A stretch of DNA of 46,413 bases from Octopus sinensis. Taxonomy: Eukaryota. A program made the position numbers and the translations under genes. Shown piece after piece: positions 34,701-45,305 of this stretch. The stretch's first letter is position 1, and every line of letters begins with the position of its first letter. The stretch covers positions 1 to 46,413 of the forward strand of contig NW_021834981.1 of the NCBI RefSeq assembly GCF_006345805.1, written 5' to 3'. The notes beneath the pieces are model-generated. The model saw only the letters and a list, made by a program, of their open reading frames with translations. It did no database searches and was not told the DNA's origin.

Positions 34701-36964
34701 CACATAGAAGGATATTCTTAAATAAACCAATTTTAGCACTTATTTCAATGTCTGGCTTTCATTCTATCGGTCTCCTTTACCACTTTACAACGTTACGGTA
34801 ACGTAAACAAACCAACACCGGTTTGCATTTTAAGTATGGTTCCAGCAAAACACAGAGTGGTTTAGGAACCGGGAAATGTACCTCATGAAACACGTGTAGC
34901 CAAGTTATAAAATATTTAAAATAAAAATTTTTTTTATATGGTCAGATGAAGAGGCCTACTATCTCTAAATGAAAATATATATTTATTCATTGAGAATAAT
35001 TTGAACCCCTGTTATGCCGGAATTTTTATTCCCTAACAAATAAAATTAAATATATATATATGTATATTATATATATATATATATATATATTGAAAAATCT
35101 TAGGGTAGTAAAAATATTTATCGAAATATTCTTTGTTACCAGTGGTCTAGCGAGAAGGAAACAATTTAGTCAATAGACTATACATTATTCAGAGAAGAAT
35201 ACAGTGCATATTCAAACACATAAGAGACAACCAAAAAAAAAAAGGAAATAGGATATCTGACTCACTAGAAAGAGCAGTTAAATTTGGCTTGGAGTTTTAA
35301 CTGCTTTTTATAGTGAGTCAGATATCCTATTATTTGGTTATTTCTTATGTGTTTGATGTACACTGTATTCTTCTCTGAATTATATATATATATATATATA
35401 TATATATGGATGCATATAAATATGTAGCCACATACACACACATGCACGCACACACACGCGCGCACACACACGCGCGCACACACACGCGCGCACACACACA
35501 TCTATATATACACATAAAAGGCGGCGAGATGGCAGAAACGTTAGCGCGCCGGGCGAAATGCTTAGCGGTATTTCGCCTGTCGTTACGTTCTGAGTTCAAA
35601 TTCCGCCAAGATCGACTTTGCCTTTCATCCTTTCGGGGTCGATAAATAAAGTACCAATTTCGCACTGGGGACGATGTAATCGACTTAATCCCTTTGTCTG
35701 TCCTTGTTTGTCCCCTCTATGTTTAGCCCCTTGTGGGTAGTAAAGAAATATATATATACACATAAACAGTTTGTGACAGACCATGCCTTTCTTTTGTTGG
35801 GTTCAAATCTCATTTCTGGACCCATGGAAAACGAATCTCCACCAACTACTCTGCCTATATATCTGTGCACATCTTTCAATGCCGTGTATGCCAGAAGGTT
35901 TGCAAATCTAATGGAGGCCTCAAAAGAGATTTTAAGATCCACAAAAATTTAAGCTTAACTGCAGCTCTTGGTGGTCCCAATCAGGTATGCAATCTACGTG
36001 GGTTCCTTTCAATATATTATCTAGCTTAAAAACCATATCAGACGCTCCTTCCTTCTCTCCTCCAACAACTCGACCGATATCCTGTCCACCATGCGGTTGC
36101 ATTCCTGTCCGCAAAGTGGTCGCTTTCCTGTCCACCACGCGGTCGTATTCCTGTCCACCACGCGGTCGTATTCCTGTCCACCATGCGGTCGCTTTCCTGT
36201 CCACCATGCGGTCGGTTTCCTATCCACCACGCGGTCGCTTTCCTGTCCGCCACGCGGTCGCTTTCCTGTCCACCATGCGGTTGCATTCCTGTCCACCACG
36301 CGGTCGGTTTCCTATCCACCACGCGGTCGCTTTCCTGTCCACCATGCGGTCGGTTTCCTGGCCGCCACGCGGTCGCTTTCCTGTCCACCATGCGGTCGGT
36401 TTCCTGGCCGCCACGCGGTCGCTTTCCTGTCCACCATGCGGTCGGTTTCCTGGCCGCCACGCGGTCGCTTTCCTGTCCACCATGCGGTTGCATTCCTGTC
36501 CACCATGCGGTCGCTTTCCTGTCCACCATGCGGTCGCTTTCCTGTTTACCATGCGGTGTTTTCCAAATAACCATCGTCACCGATATACGGTTATACTAAA
36601 CGACGGAACCACTTCCTCGACCAATGGCAGCCCACCTTACCGTAATAACAATCATTCAAATTCAAAGTGGCTGAATATCAGCACCACGCTTGATACTCTC
36701 GGAGTACCAACGAATTCGAATCAAACTGTTTTGATCCATACGTGTAACTCTCAAATAATTATATTGAGTGACTTCTATCGTTTGTCCACTCACTCGTGAA
36801 TATATATATATATATATATATATACATCCATTTGTATGCTTGTCATATGATTTAATAACATACCTATATCTCTCTTCCAGGACCCTCTTATATTAGGCGA
36901 CAACATCTTACTGGCTGCCAAAAACGGAGTTTGGGTGAAGTTTGAACGAAGATTAAAAAAATAA
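12376..36964 (+). CDS. CYP3A-like: Cytochrome P450, clan 3 (CYP3A-like), 14 coding exons, ~519 aa if exon 7 is read as 149 nt; alternative exon 1 at 2765-2838
   Basis: Exons assembled by hand from GT/AG sites: 12376-12449, 18401-18497, 21022-21074, 22624-22720, 23606-23719, 26073-26161, ~27589-27735, 29566-29699, 31294-31414, 32860-33017, 33279-33367, 33700-33837, 34310-34472, 36881-36964. Motifs: N-terminal anchor, GPEP hinge, WKYLR (C-helix), AGYETT (I-helix), ETLR (ExxR), PEKFIPER (PERF), [10 protein letters not shown] (heme Cys). Intron phases match vertebrate CYP3A. The exon 7 junctions are frame-incompatible as assembled. Confidence 0.93.
15453..15860. repeat. Interspersed repeat, reverse-complement copy at ~28740-29090
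   Basis: Shared gatacaaagaaaacaaggacgggtc...ggccagcccca...ttagattccttggaa block in opposite orientations. Confidence 0.7.
16100..17570 (-). mobile_element. Penelope-like element 3' fragment (RT thumb plus GIY-YIG C-terminus plus 3' region with degenerate hammerhead at ~16270-16360)
   Basis: [29 protein letters not shown]...ALLKAGY; [23 protein letters not shown]...DW; CUGAAGA-GAAGAU...AUCUUC-GAAA-UAUAUGUU. Confidence 0.75.
17958..18026 (-). ncRNA. Type I hammerhead ribozyme, canonical core, palindromic stem III
   Basis: Minus strand: UGAC-CUGAAGA-GUG...CAC-GAAA-CACGUG-UA-GUUA; long AU-rich stem II extension. Confidence 0.7.
18401..18497 (+). CDS. CYP exon 2 ([32 protein letters not shown])
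   Basis: ttag acceptor, gtaaat donor, proline-rich hinge. Confidence 0.92.
18540..19190 (-). mobile_element. Tc1/mariner transposase fragment
   Basis: [47 protein letters not shown]; boundaries approximate. Confidence 0.85.
20159..20985 (+). mobile_element. Internally deleted mariner with both 24-bp TIRs
   Basis: TIR ttaggtcgtcaagtatgaaatttg / caaatttcatacttgacgatctaa (1 mismatch); [40 protein letters not shown]; DDD core missing. Confidence 0.9.
21022..21074 (+). CDS. CYP exon 3 ([18 protein letters not shown])
   Basis: 53 nt, cag/gtaaga, typical YGxxxG of CYP3. Confidence 0.9.
22624..22720 (+). CDS. CYP exon 4 ([32 protein letters not shown])
   Basis: cag/gtaagt, DPxxIxxVLVK..FxNR motif. 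Confidence 0.92.
23606..23719 (+). CDS. CYP exon 5 ([38 protein letters not shown])
   Basis: 114 nt, cag/gtaagt, WxxxR and P.FTS motifs. Confidence 0.93.
24203..24326 (-). ncRNA. Hammerhead ribozyme motif, slightly degenerate
   Basis: Minus strand: CUGAUGA-GGCUCCAUGU...ACAUUGGAAGCA-GAAA-CGGCCG-UA; stem II closing pair is G-A. Confidence 0.55.
26073..26161 (+). CDS. CYP exon 6 ([29 protein letters not shown]+AA)
   Basis: 89 nt, cag/gtatgt, phase 2. Confidence 0.88.
26636..26733. repeat. 30-bp minisatellite, ~3.3 copies
   Basis: gaccatcgtccatctttcttttcctcatgt. Confidence 0.8.
27589..27735 (+). CDS. CYP exon 7 ([37 protein letters not shown]...LILLT); frame mismatch at both junctions
   Basis: Clear CYP3 homology (AYxxDVI..T.FG...S..NPDDP). 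tag/gttagt sites give 147 nt in phase 0/0, while the neighbours require phase 2/1. Confidence 0.85.
28261..28340 (+). ncRNA. Type I hammerhead ribozyme, canonical core, in CYP intron 7 (sense)
   Basis: AUGCAG-CUGAUGA-GGAC...GUCU-GAAA-C-GG-GUC-CUGCAU; extended stem II (UCAAAU/AUUUGA, ACGUU/AACGU); cleavage after 28330. Confidence 0.8.
28740..29090. repeat. Second copy of the 15453-15860 repeat, opposite orientation
   Basis: As above. Confidence 0.7.
29566..29699 (+). CDS. CYP exon 8 ([44 protein letters not shown])
   Basis: ccag/gtatgt, G-helix-like ending IEERKK. Confidence 0.85.
29710..30093 (-). mobile_element. SINE family A, diverged, starting ~10 nt after the exon 8 donor
   Basis: Family head, core and tail recognisable. 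Confidence 0.75.
31294..31414 (+). CDS. CYP exon 9 ([13 protein letters not shown]...TDWRTKR+G)
   Basis: tag/gtttgt, LxLMIxAQ motif, phase 1. Confidence 0.87.
31467..31860. repeat. Compound (TACA)n/(CA)n microsatellite; one of many (TA, CA, TATC, GA, CAT) tracts across the window
   Basis: Direct reading; source of most spurious ORFs. Confidence 0.95.
31860..32620 (+). mobile_element. Degenerate LINE (CR1/L2-like) endonuclease-linker fragment
   Basis: [15 protein letters not shown]...FSDHNM (APE C-terminal PTR/SDH motifs), multiple stops. Confidence 0.65.
32860..33017 (+). CDS. CYP exon 10 ([23 protein letters not shown]...QEIVDVLGE)
   Basis: tag/gtaagt, I-helix AGYETT. Confidence 0.95.
33279..33367 (+). 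CDS. CYP exon 11 ([29 protein letters not shown]+AC)
   Basis: tag/gtacgt, ExxR. Confidence 0.95.
33700..33837 (+). CDS. CYP exon 12 ([17 protein letters not shown]...[11 protein letters not shown]+AG)
   Basis: cag/gttagc, PERF motif. Confidence 0.95.
34310..34472 (+). CDS. CYP exon 13 ([30 protein letters not shown]...EKTE)
   Basis: 163 nt, cag/gtaagt, heme-binding FxxGxRxCxG. Confidence 0.97.
35187..35380. repeat. Fold-back hairpin, ~90-bp arms and short loop
   Basis: attcagagaagaatacagtg...gcagttaaa / tttaactgc...cactgtattcttctctgaat. Confidence 0.75.
35520..35749 (+). mobile_element. SINE family B
   Basis: Full head to gtaaagaaat tail. Confidence 0.85.
36080..36558. repeat. 23-bp GC-rich minisatellite, ~21 copies, in the last CYP intron
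   Basis: Unit ctttcctgtccaccatgcggtcg with a few recurring variants. Confidence 0.92.
36881..36964 (+). CDS. CYP terminal exon 14 ([27 protein letters not shown])
   Basis: ccag acceptor, TAA at 36962-36964, typical GVWxKFxxR ending. Confidence 0.9.
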   Translation, partial: DPLILGDNILLAAKNGVWVKFERRLKK

Positions 36965-36980
36965 CGTGTAGTACTGCACA

Positions 36981-36990
36981 AATAAATAAA
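36981..36990 (+). terminator. Polyadenylation signal (AATAAA, overlapping twice)
   Basis: aataaataaa 17 nt after the CYP stop codon. Confidence 0.55.
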
Positions 36991-37899
36991 TCTTTTGTAA
37001 AATTATATACGATGTAACCATTGATTGCAAAAGCAACGTAAAATATTAAAAAATTAAGCGTCATTATAAAACTGGAAAATGTAAAGATAATATTTTAAAT
37101 AACGTTTCCTTTTCTTCGAACAATAAATTTTTGTTGGTATATATTTTATTGAGCATTAAAAACAAATCTCGTATAGACTTTATCAGAGAGCAACGGTTCT
37201 ACCGTTGACATTACAAATATGAATAAATTTCTATTTTTAATAGTAACTGTTAATGATTTTGTTTCAATCCTTTTACTATTTTCATTTTGTCTTTCTTACA
37301 TTTAACACCTGACACATTGTTACTTCTCATCTTTTCTCTCTCTCTCACACGCACGCGCATGCACACATTTATTTTCTCCTCTCTCTCTCTCTCCACCCCT
37401 CCCCCTCTCTCCCCAGGAAAAACAAAAGATTTACGGAAAAGATGAGATGGTTTTTCTTTACAGAAATTGTTGTAATGAGAAATGTTACAAACTTTTAAGG
37501 TTCCTAAGATTTGCCTTATCTCACAAAATGGGATATTCACAATTGTTTCCACATGAACAGATGTATATTAACCAACTGGAAAGTGCAACCAAAGAGGACA
37601 ACTATTCCTCTTTGGAATTACTGTACTTTGTTGTTTTCTTTTGCCTGTTTATTTTTTCTTTTGTTTATATCTTTTTCTTTTGTTTATACATTGGATGTTC
37701 CGGGAACTATTCCAAGCAACGTCCCTCCAATCACAGGTCCTCCTCCAGAGTTCCGGAAAGGCGATATGTAACACCACTGGCTGGCCACGTCTGGCAACTA
37801 AGAGATGATGGTATTCCATACTCGATCTCACGAAAATCTTCGAGAACCCCCCACCAGGCACCTACATCAACGGGACGTACCGTTGCAAGTTATACATAG

Positions 37900-38507
37900 C
37901 TGGACGCGCGGGAGTCCTAAAGGAATCACTTGAACCAGGACGGTTATTTTGTGATCGTGTCTACATTTTAAGGGGTTCTTGCTAGCTACTTGGAGCCAGC
38001 AAGATGGCGCTACGGCCGGAAGTCTGTAGCCAATAGCAAAAAGAGATAATCTCCGACTGTTATCTTTGAATAGTGAGGCATTTCAATGCCGGACATGTTT
38101 TCAGGCCTTTTAAAAGACGTCTACTGCAACTGGCAACAAAATAGGAGAATTCCCATATTTGCTTGTCGAGGGACGGTGGCACTGTTGAGAAAGGACCCAA
38201 ACAAGAGGGACGTTATAGAAAATTTCAGGTCCATTGAAGATTTTGACCAAGGTGTTAGCCAAAGGTTGGCGCTTGTCATCGAGGCGAAACATGCTCCATC
38301 CCTACCAGAACTATTCACGACAACCGCCACCGTGTGAGCTACATAATAGAGAGGGTGTGTAACGAAGCTGTCATGGATGGGACTCTGATCAATTTAGATC
38401 AATCTAAAGCGTTTGATAAGTTCGAGAATGAATATTTGGCAGCTGTCCTCAGGGCAGCCGGTTTCGGTCCAATTTTCCGTGGTTGGATGGGCGCTTTGTA
38501 CAGAGGC

Positions 38508-38508
<1 letters not shown>
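37900..38508 (+). mobile_element. L1/Tx1-clade LINE RT fragment
   Basis: LINLDQSKAFDK..EYLAAVLRAAGFGPIFRGWMGALY; ALLRKDPNK. Confidence 0.8.
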
Positions 38509-38544
<36 letters not shown>

Positions 38545-38654
38545 ATATATATATAGTTATTGAAATGGATAAATGAATTATCTTGTTACGGATTATTCAA
38601 AAGATAACAGATACGTGGTTAGCAAAGATCACAACAGAAAAATCACGGTTGAGG

Positions 38655-38908
38655 TTACATATATATATAGTTAACCCAAACAAGAAAGCACAAAGAAACA
38701 CAACAACGCGAGGACATGGAACAAATATAGTATTATTGGACGCTGAGGAAAGAAGGAAATAAGGAGGGCTTAACGTTTCGAGCGGAGCTCTTCGTCGGAA
38801 ACATAGGAGAAGGAAAGATCCAGAGAAGGGAAGACAGAGGAAAAAAATCGCCAACGGTACACATTTACCTACACATTAGTATATATAAGTATATAAGTAT
38901 ACATACGA

Positions 38909-38987
<79 letters not shown>

Positions 38988-39373
38988 GTATGTACACTCG
39001 TATGTATACTTATATACTTATATATACTAATGTGTAGGTAAATGTGTACCGTTGGTACACATTTATATATATATAATATAATATATATATATATATATAC
39101 ATATACATACATATATATATATATATGTATGTACACTCGTATGTATACTTATATACTTATATATACTAATGTGTAGGTAAATGTGTACCGTTGGCGATTT
39201 TTTTTTCCTCTGTCTTCCCTTCTCTGGATCTTTCCTTCTCCTATGTTTCCGACGAAGAGCTCCGCTCGAAACGTTAAGCCCTCCTTCTTTCCTTCTTTCC
39301 TCAGCGTCCAATAATACTATATTTGTTCCATGTCCTCGCGTTGTTGTGTTTCTTTGTGCTTTCTTGTTTGGGT

Positions 39374-39380
<7 letters not shown>
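38655..39380. repeat. Inverted pair of a PLE-pLTR-like repeat, each arm with a hammerhead-like motif (38768-38802 minus, 39245-39279 plus)
   Basis: Arms are reverse complements separated by (TA)n; motif GUUU-CCGACGAA-GAGC-UCC-GCUC-GAAACGUU-AAGC. Confidence 0.7.
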
Positions 39381-39416
<36 letters not shown>

Positions 39417-39492
39417 TTTATTTAAAAGCAGCAGAAACATAACAAAAGCTGTTACTCGGAGTTTCACGTTCCCGTTCGTCGGACAGTTTTGT

Positions 39493-39550
<58 letters not shown>

Positions 39551-39661
39551 CATGCATACATACATACTCACACACACGCGTATCTATACATGTATGCATC
39601 TCTCTCTTTCTCTCCCTCTCTCCCACTCTCTCTCTCTCTATATATATATATATGTGTGTGT

Positions 39662-39914
39662 GTGAAAGGTAGGAGAGTCCAGTTTGCTGGACATTGTTGT
39701 AGAGCTGAAAAAGAGGTAATTTCTACTCTCCTCCTCTGGAAGCCATCTACTCGCAATACCAGAGGGCGCACACTCTCCTACCCTGATGTAATCTCCAGGG
39801 ATACAGGCATCCAGCAACAGGACCTCCGTAATGCCATGATGGACCGTGAAGTCTGGCGTAGCATGGTAAATTCCATTGTCTCGACCACGGTCGAACAATG
39901 ATGATGATGATGAT
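39662..39914 (+). mobile_element. RTE-clade LINE 3' end
   Basis: RRVQFAGHCCR...RGRTLSYPDVISRDTG...MMDREVWRSMV followed by (TGA)n tail. Confidence 0.8.
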
Positions 39915-40621
39915 CTCTGTGTGTGTGTGTGTGTGTGTGCGCGCGTGAAGGAGTGTGTATATGTATGCATACTTTTGTATCTACGTGTTTTATTCAATTA
40001 TTCACACATATCTATATAAGGTAAGACTATGGATGATTATCCTCCAGATAATTCTTTGTCATAGTGACATGACAAAATGAAGCACACCCCTCACACCGCT
40101 CCCACTTCTATCAGGTGAGCGTGATCACAAAGGCGGTGGTTGTAGTAATAGTAGTATTAGTAGTAGTACTAGTGATAGTGGGACTTTGAACATTTATGTC
40201 CATTAATTATCAATGCGTCACTGTTCAATGTATATTATTTTCGGCCTCCTAAAACAATTACTCTCTTACTTGTTTCGGTCATTTGACTGCGGCCATGCTG
40301 GAGCACCGCCTTTAGTCAAGCAAATTGAGCCCAGGACTTATGCTTTGTAAGCCTTGTACTTATTCTATCGGTTCCTTTTACCGAACCGCTAAGTTACTGG
40401 GACGTAAGCACACCAGCATCGGTTGTCAAGCGATGTTGGTGGTGGGGGTGGGGGGCAAACACAGACACAAAAACATAGACACACACATACATATATATAC
40501 ATATATACGACGGGCTTCTTTCAGTGTTTTTCTCAAGAACACAATGCGCCGCTCCGTTCAGGAATCGAACCCAAGATCTACAAGTCGTGAGTGCATAACT
40601 CTAACCACAAAGCCATGCATT

Positions 40622-41920
40622 GAAAGTCGTTTGAAACAGGCGGGTCAGGTATTCCTCGTCGACGCCCAGGTTTGCCCCGAGCTCGTCGTCGTACCTCCCC
40701 TACACTAATCCCCTATAGAATGCTTTGGTTGTGTTGAAGTCACTCAAGGTCGACCCGGGACGGCAGAGTTGCTTGAGAGCAACGCGACACTCGCGGCGAA
40801 TGGCACCGCGAGTGTCGCGTTGCTCTCAAGCAACTCTGCCGTCCCGGGTCGACCTTGAGTGACTTCAACACAACCAAAGCATTCTATAGGGGATTAGTGG
40901 AGGGGAGGTACGACGACGAGCTCGGGGCAAACCTGGGCGTCGACGACCCGCCTGTTTCAAACGACTTTCGGCCCGGGACCTATGGACAACTTCCAGAGAT
41001 CCCTGGCCTGGCGGTGCTACCGAGAAGCGCTACCCGTTCGGGATAAGCTCTATAGGCATGGCTCGAGAAACACGGGGCCGACCTGCTCGAGATGCGGTCA
41101 GAGCGACGAAACTGCTCTGCACGCAATCGTGCAGTGTCCAGCAATTTCCCACCTGTGGGCTTATGTCGAACGACTGCTGTCACGTGTGGGACGTGTCGGT
41201 TTATCCGCCGAGTCTATCGTTAATATCGTCACGCCTCCTTCCTTCAAACGGGAAGGAAGAGCTATTTTTATCATACTTGTGGCTATGGCGAAAGAATGTA
41301 TCTGGTGGACGCGTCTGAAAGGATTAGAGACAAACACTTTCCTCTCTGGTCAATCTCTCATCAACTTCTTCAAGTATCACTTGAAGAAAAAAGTGAGAGT
41401 AGAGAGGCAAGTTTTGTCTAGTGAATGTTTTAAAAAAAGATGGTGAATGTAGCAAGGATGGCACGTATGAATGACGAAGCCACCTTGACTATGATTCTAT
41501 GAACCGTAAAAATTAATACAGAGAGTTGCTTATTTGCAAAAAAAAAAAAGAAATATAACATGTGACTTCATTGACCGAGGTTACCGTGGTCTTTTCCGTA
41601 GGCTTTTCTTTCCACGGTGAACCTCACCTGTCCTCCCCTTTACACTTCATATTGACATTCTGTGATAACGATCCCTATTGATCAATTTTTTTTTCCTCTC
41701 CCCCTTTTTTTTACCCCCCCCCTTTTTTTGTCCTCTTTCTCTCCTTTTACGATCCCTTTTGATCGACCCCCCCTTTTTTATTTTATTTTATTTTTTATTT
41801 TATTATTATTATTATTATTATTTTTTATTTTTTAAAATTTTTTTTTAAACCTTCAAAAGAAAAGCTCTACCTTGTAATTTGTTCTATCTGTGTGCAGCCC
41901 TGTGTGGCTAATAAAGAAAC
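40622..41920 (+). mobile_element. 5'-truncated L1/Tx1-clade LINE 3' end (zf-RVT) with 5' fold-back duplication
   Basis: ALPVRDKL...CSRCGQSDETALHAIVQC (CCHC), pyrimidine-rich 3' UTR, aataaa at ~41909; inverted arms 40622-40796 / 40806-40969. Confidence 0.85.
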
Positions 41921-41921
41921 A

Positions 41922-41999
<78 letters not shown>

Positions 42000-42005
42000 C
42001 ATCTA

Positions 42006-42121
<116 letters not shown>

Positions 42122-42839
42122 TGTTTCTCTGTCTGCTTGTCTGTCTATCTATATATCTCTATTTATTAATCTGTCTGTCTCCCTATCTCTATCTATCTGT
42201 CTCCATATATTTTTGCTTACAAATGATCCATAAAGGGTCAAGGCATATTGAAGGGATGCATGCCACCAATTGGCTAGTGAGAACGACACAAAGCAGACAG
42301 TCAGCTAGCCCCTTATTTTAGCACCGAAATCATCGATGGAAGAAGGTCAAGGTTGTTAAGTAATCCACAATTCCATTTGTATTCGAAAAGCCACATGATG
42401 AATGGAGCCTTCAGTGTGGTGTAAAAACATAATCGTAAAAACATAATAAAAATAGATTAATGTGTTATCTGGTATATCTGCAGTTGTTTCATTAGTCTTA
42501 TTTTGATTGAGCCTCATACAATGAGATTGTGTAATACGTTACATAACTTCAAACTCATCAGGTAGTTATCAGACTTTGCAACTTCGCCCACAAAGATCAG
42601 TAGCGGCAGAACTTATCTAAATACAGCAGATAGTAGGCGCCCTGAAAACATTTAATCCTGTGAAAACATGTGCAAAGGCAATCGCTGACAATGCTGTAAG
42701 GAACCATTTATTGTACTATATAATTTTAAAGTCGGCATTAATCTTTCACTCTCTTAGTTTATCGTGATAACAGCGAAAGGGTAACAAATAATAGAACGGA
42801 TTTTTCTGTTTCGCCGATACTTATCAATTTCTTCCATTT

Positions 42840-43250
42840 AGTGGCTGTGTGGTAAGTAGCTTGTTTACCAACCACATGGTTCCGGGTTCAGTCCCACTGC
42901 GTGGCACCTTGGGCAAGTGTCTTCTACTATAGCCTTGGGCCGACCAATGCCTTGTGAGTGGATTTGGTAGATGGAAACTGAAAGAAGCCCGTCGTATATA
43001 TGTATTTATATATATGCGTGTGTGTGTTTGTGTGAGTGTGTTTGTCCCCCTAGCATTGCTTGGCAACCGATGCTTGTGTGTTTATGTCCCCGTTACTTAG
43101 CGGTTCGGCAAAAGAGACCGATAGAATAAGTACTGGGCTTACAAAGAATAAGTCCCGGGGTCGAGTTGCTCGATTAAAGGCGGTGCTCTAGCATGGCCGC
43201 AGTCTGATGACTGAAACAAGTAAAAAAGAGAAAAAAGAAAAAAGAGAGTA
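42840..43250 (+). mobile_element. SINE family A, full length (partial copies also at ~3422-3649, 26280-26410, 34640-34820, 40262-40522, 45330-45700)
   Basis: Family head, core and tail. Confidence 0.85.
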
Positions 43251-43666
43251 TTGGTTTCAAATCTGGTGTATTGATGTAGTTTTGTACGCTAATTATAGCT
43301 ACGAAATTCATTTTCGCCAGAAACCAATAGATAAACAGATAAAAGCTTGCAGTCTGCAGGTGATTTTAGCTTGTTGAAAGCCACAAACAAATAGATGCCT
43401 TTTTCCATAGCAACAGGCAACTCTTGTTTACGAAAACCCGCACGTATTTAAAAAATGATATTTTATGCTGCTTTTCTGTTTGTACCCATCTATTGCCAAT
43501 TTGGGATATTTTATGCTGCATTTCCGACACCCACCTCTTGAATGCTTAAAACTACAAAATATGTGTGGTTTACTAGTTTTTGGTAGTTTTTCGCTTATTA
43601 ATACTATCATTGCCAGGTTGACATTATTGCTTTGTCATTCTTTGATTACAGTCACACAAATAATAT

Positions 43667-43750
<84 letters not shown>

Positions 43751-43758
43751 ATATATAA

Positions 43759-43790
<32 letters not shown>

Positions 43791-43809
43791 TATGTATATA
43801 TATATATAA

Positions 43810-43865
<56 letters not shown>

Positions 43866-44061
43866 TATACATACATACACATATATATATATATATATAT
43901 ATGTTTTGTATTATATATATATATATTATATATATATATACATACATATATATATATATACTCATATATGCGTGTATATGTACATGTAGAGGTAGGTACG
44001 TACATATATGTTTATATATATGCATATGTTTTATTTCATTTATTATATATATATATATATA

Positions 44062-44779
44062 TAGCTGCTATTTCTAATGAGTTCAGTATGCGGCAAAGTA
44101 ATTTTTTACTAAGCCCTTTTATATAATGTAATAATTTGAATTCGCCTTAAATGGTCCCTTTGCATACTGATACTTGGTGAAATTGATTAATTAATTAATT
44201 TTACCCTCAATTGTTGAAATTAAATTCATCTCTCTCTATATAATGCCTCGGATTTTACCGAAAAAAGCATAGTGTTTACTGATTTCAACCCACGCTGGTG
44301 GAAAGGGGAGACCAGAAATTCTTCGCTTGCATTTTGAGTTTGTTGGCACTGTTAGTTTCGAGCAGATCTTCAGAAGCGATAAGAAGCCGAAAGGGTATGC
44401 TCCCACTTTCAGTGTTTTCAAATCCAAACCAGGGAGTTCTGAGCTGATGATAGAAATGTCGAGTTTGACTAATCTTGAAACGTACGTTCTCAAATAACCT
44501 TTGCATTTGATTTTTTTAATGTCTCTACCCCCATACTTTCGTGAGTTGAATTGAGCAAACACTATATGAGAGAGGTTTTCTTTAAGTATTAGAAATAGTT
44601 TTAAAAAAGTTTTTTTAGCTGCTATTTCTAATGAGTTCAGTATGCGGCAAAGTAATTTATTTTACTAAGCCCTTTTATATAATGTAATAATTTGAATTCG
44701 CCTTAAATGGTCCCTTTGCATACTGAATACTTGGTGAAATTGATTAATTAATTAATTTTACCCTCAATTGTTGAAATTA
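44062..44779 (+). mobile_element. Terminally redundant element (161-bp direct repeats, 554-bp period) with a hammerhead motif at ~44436-44494
   Basis: 44062-44222 repeats at 44616-44779; UGAG-CUGAUGA-UAGA..GUC/GAC..UCUU-GAAA-CGUACG-UU-CUCA; (TA)n on both sides. Confidence 0.65.
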
Positions 44780-44802
44780 TATGTATATATATATATTTTG
44801 AA

Positions 44803-45030
44803 GGTGGTCAGCTGGCAGAAACGTTAGCATGCCGGGCGAAATGCGTAGCCGTATTTCGTCTGCCGTTACGTTCTGAGTTCAAATTCCGCCGAGGTCGACT
44901 TTGCCTTTCATCCTTTCGGGGTCGATAAATAAAGTCCCAGTTACGCACTGGGGTCGATGTAATCGACTTAATCCATTTGTCTGTCCTTGTTTGTCCCCTC
45001 TATGTTTAGCCCCTTGTGGGCAGTAAAGAA

Positions 45031-45032
<2 letters not shown>
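44803..45032 (+). mobile_element. SINE family B
   Basis: Full head to gtaaagaaat tail. Confidence 0.85.
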
Positions 45033-45063
<31 letters not shown>

Positions 45064-45269
45064 TATATATATATATATACACACACACACATATTTACAG
45101 CTTTTATAAAATGTTGCAGTATGAAACAATTGTACTAAATTACCGGATCCATTCTTGTTGCTTATCTTTGATTATAATCACCCCGCATATTTTTATGGGT
45201 AACACCATAAAAAATTCTGGGTCATCTAAATTAAGCACCATATTCATTTGAATCTAAATTGTTGCTGAA

Positions 45270-45305
<36 letters not shown>

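Noticed and set aside
35987-36799. Many overlapping Cys/His/Arg/Trp-rich ORFs (up to 270 aa)
   Set aside because: Produced by a largely stop-free 23-bp unit cycling through frames; no splice or homology support.
42480-42575. Hammerhead relic on the - strand (CUGAUGA...GAAACAACUGCA)
   Set aside because: The cleavage triplet is GCA, the stem III palindrome is broken and stem I does not pair; at best a dead copy.
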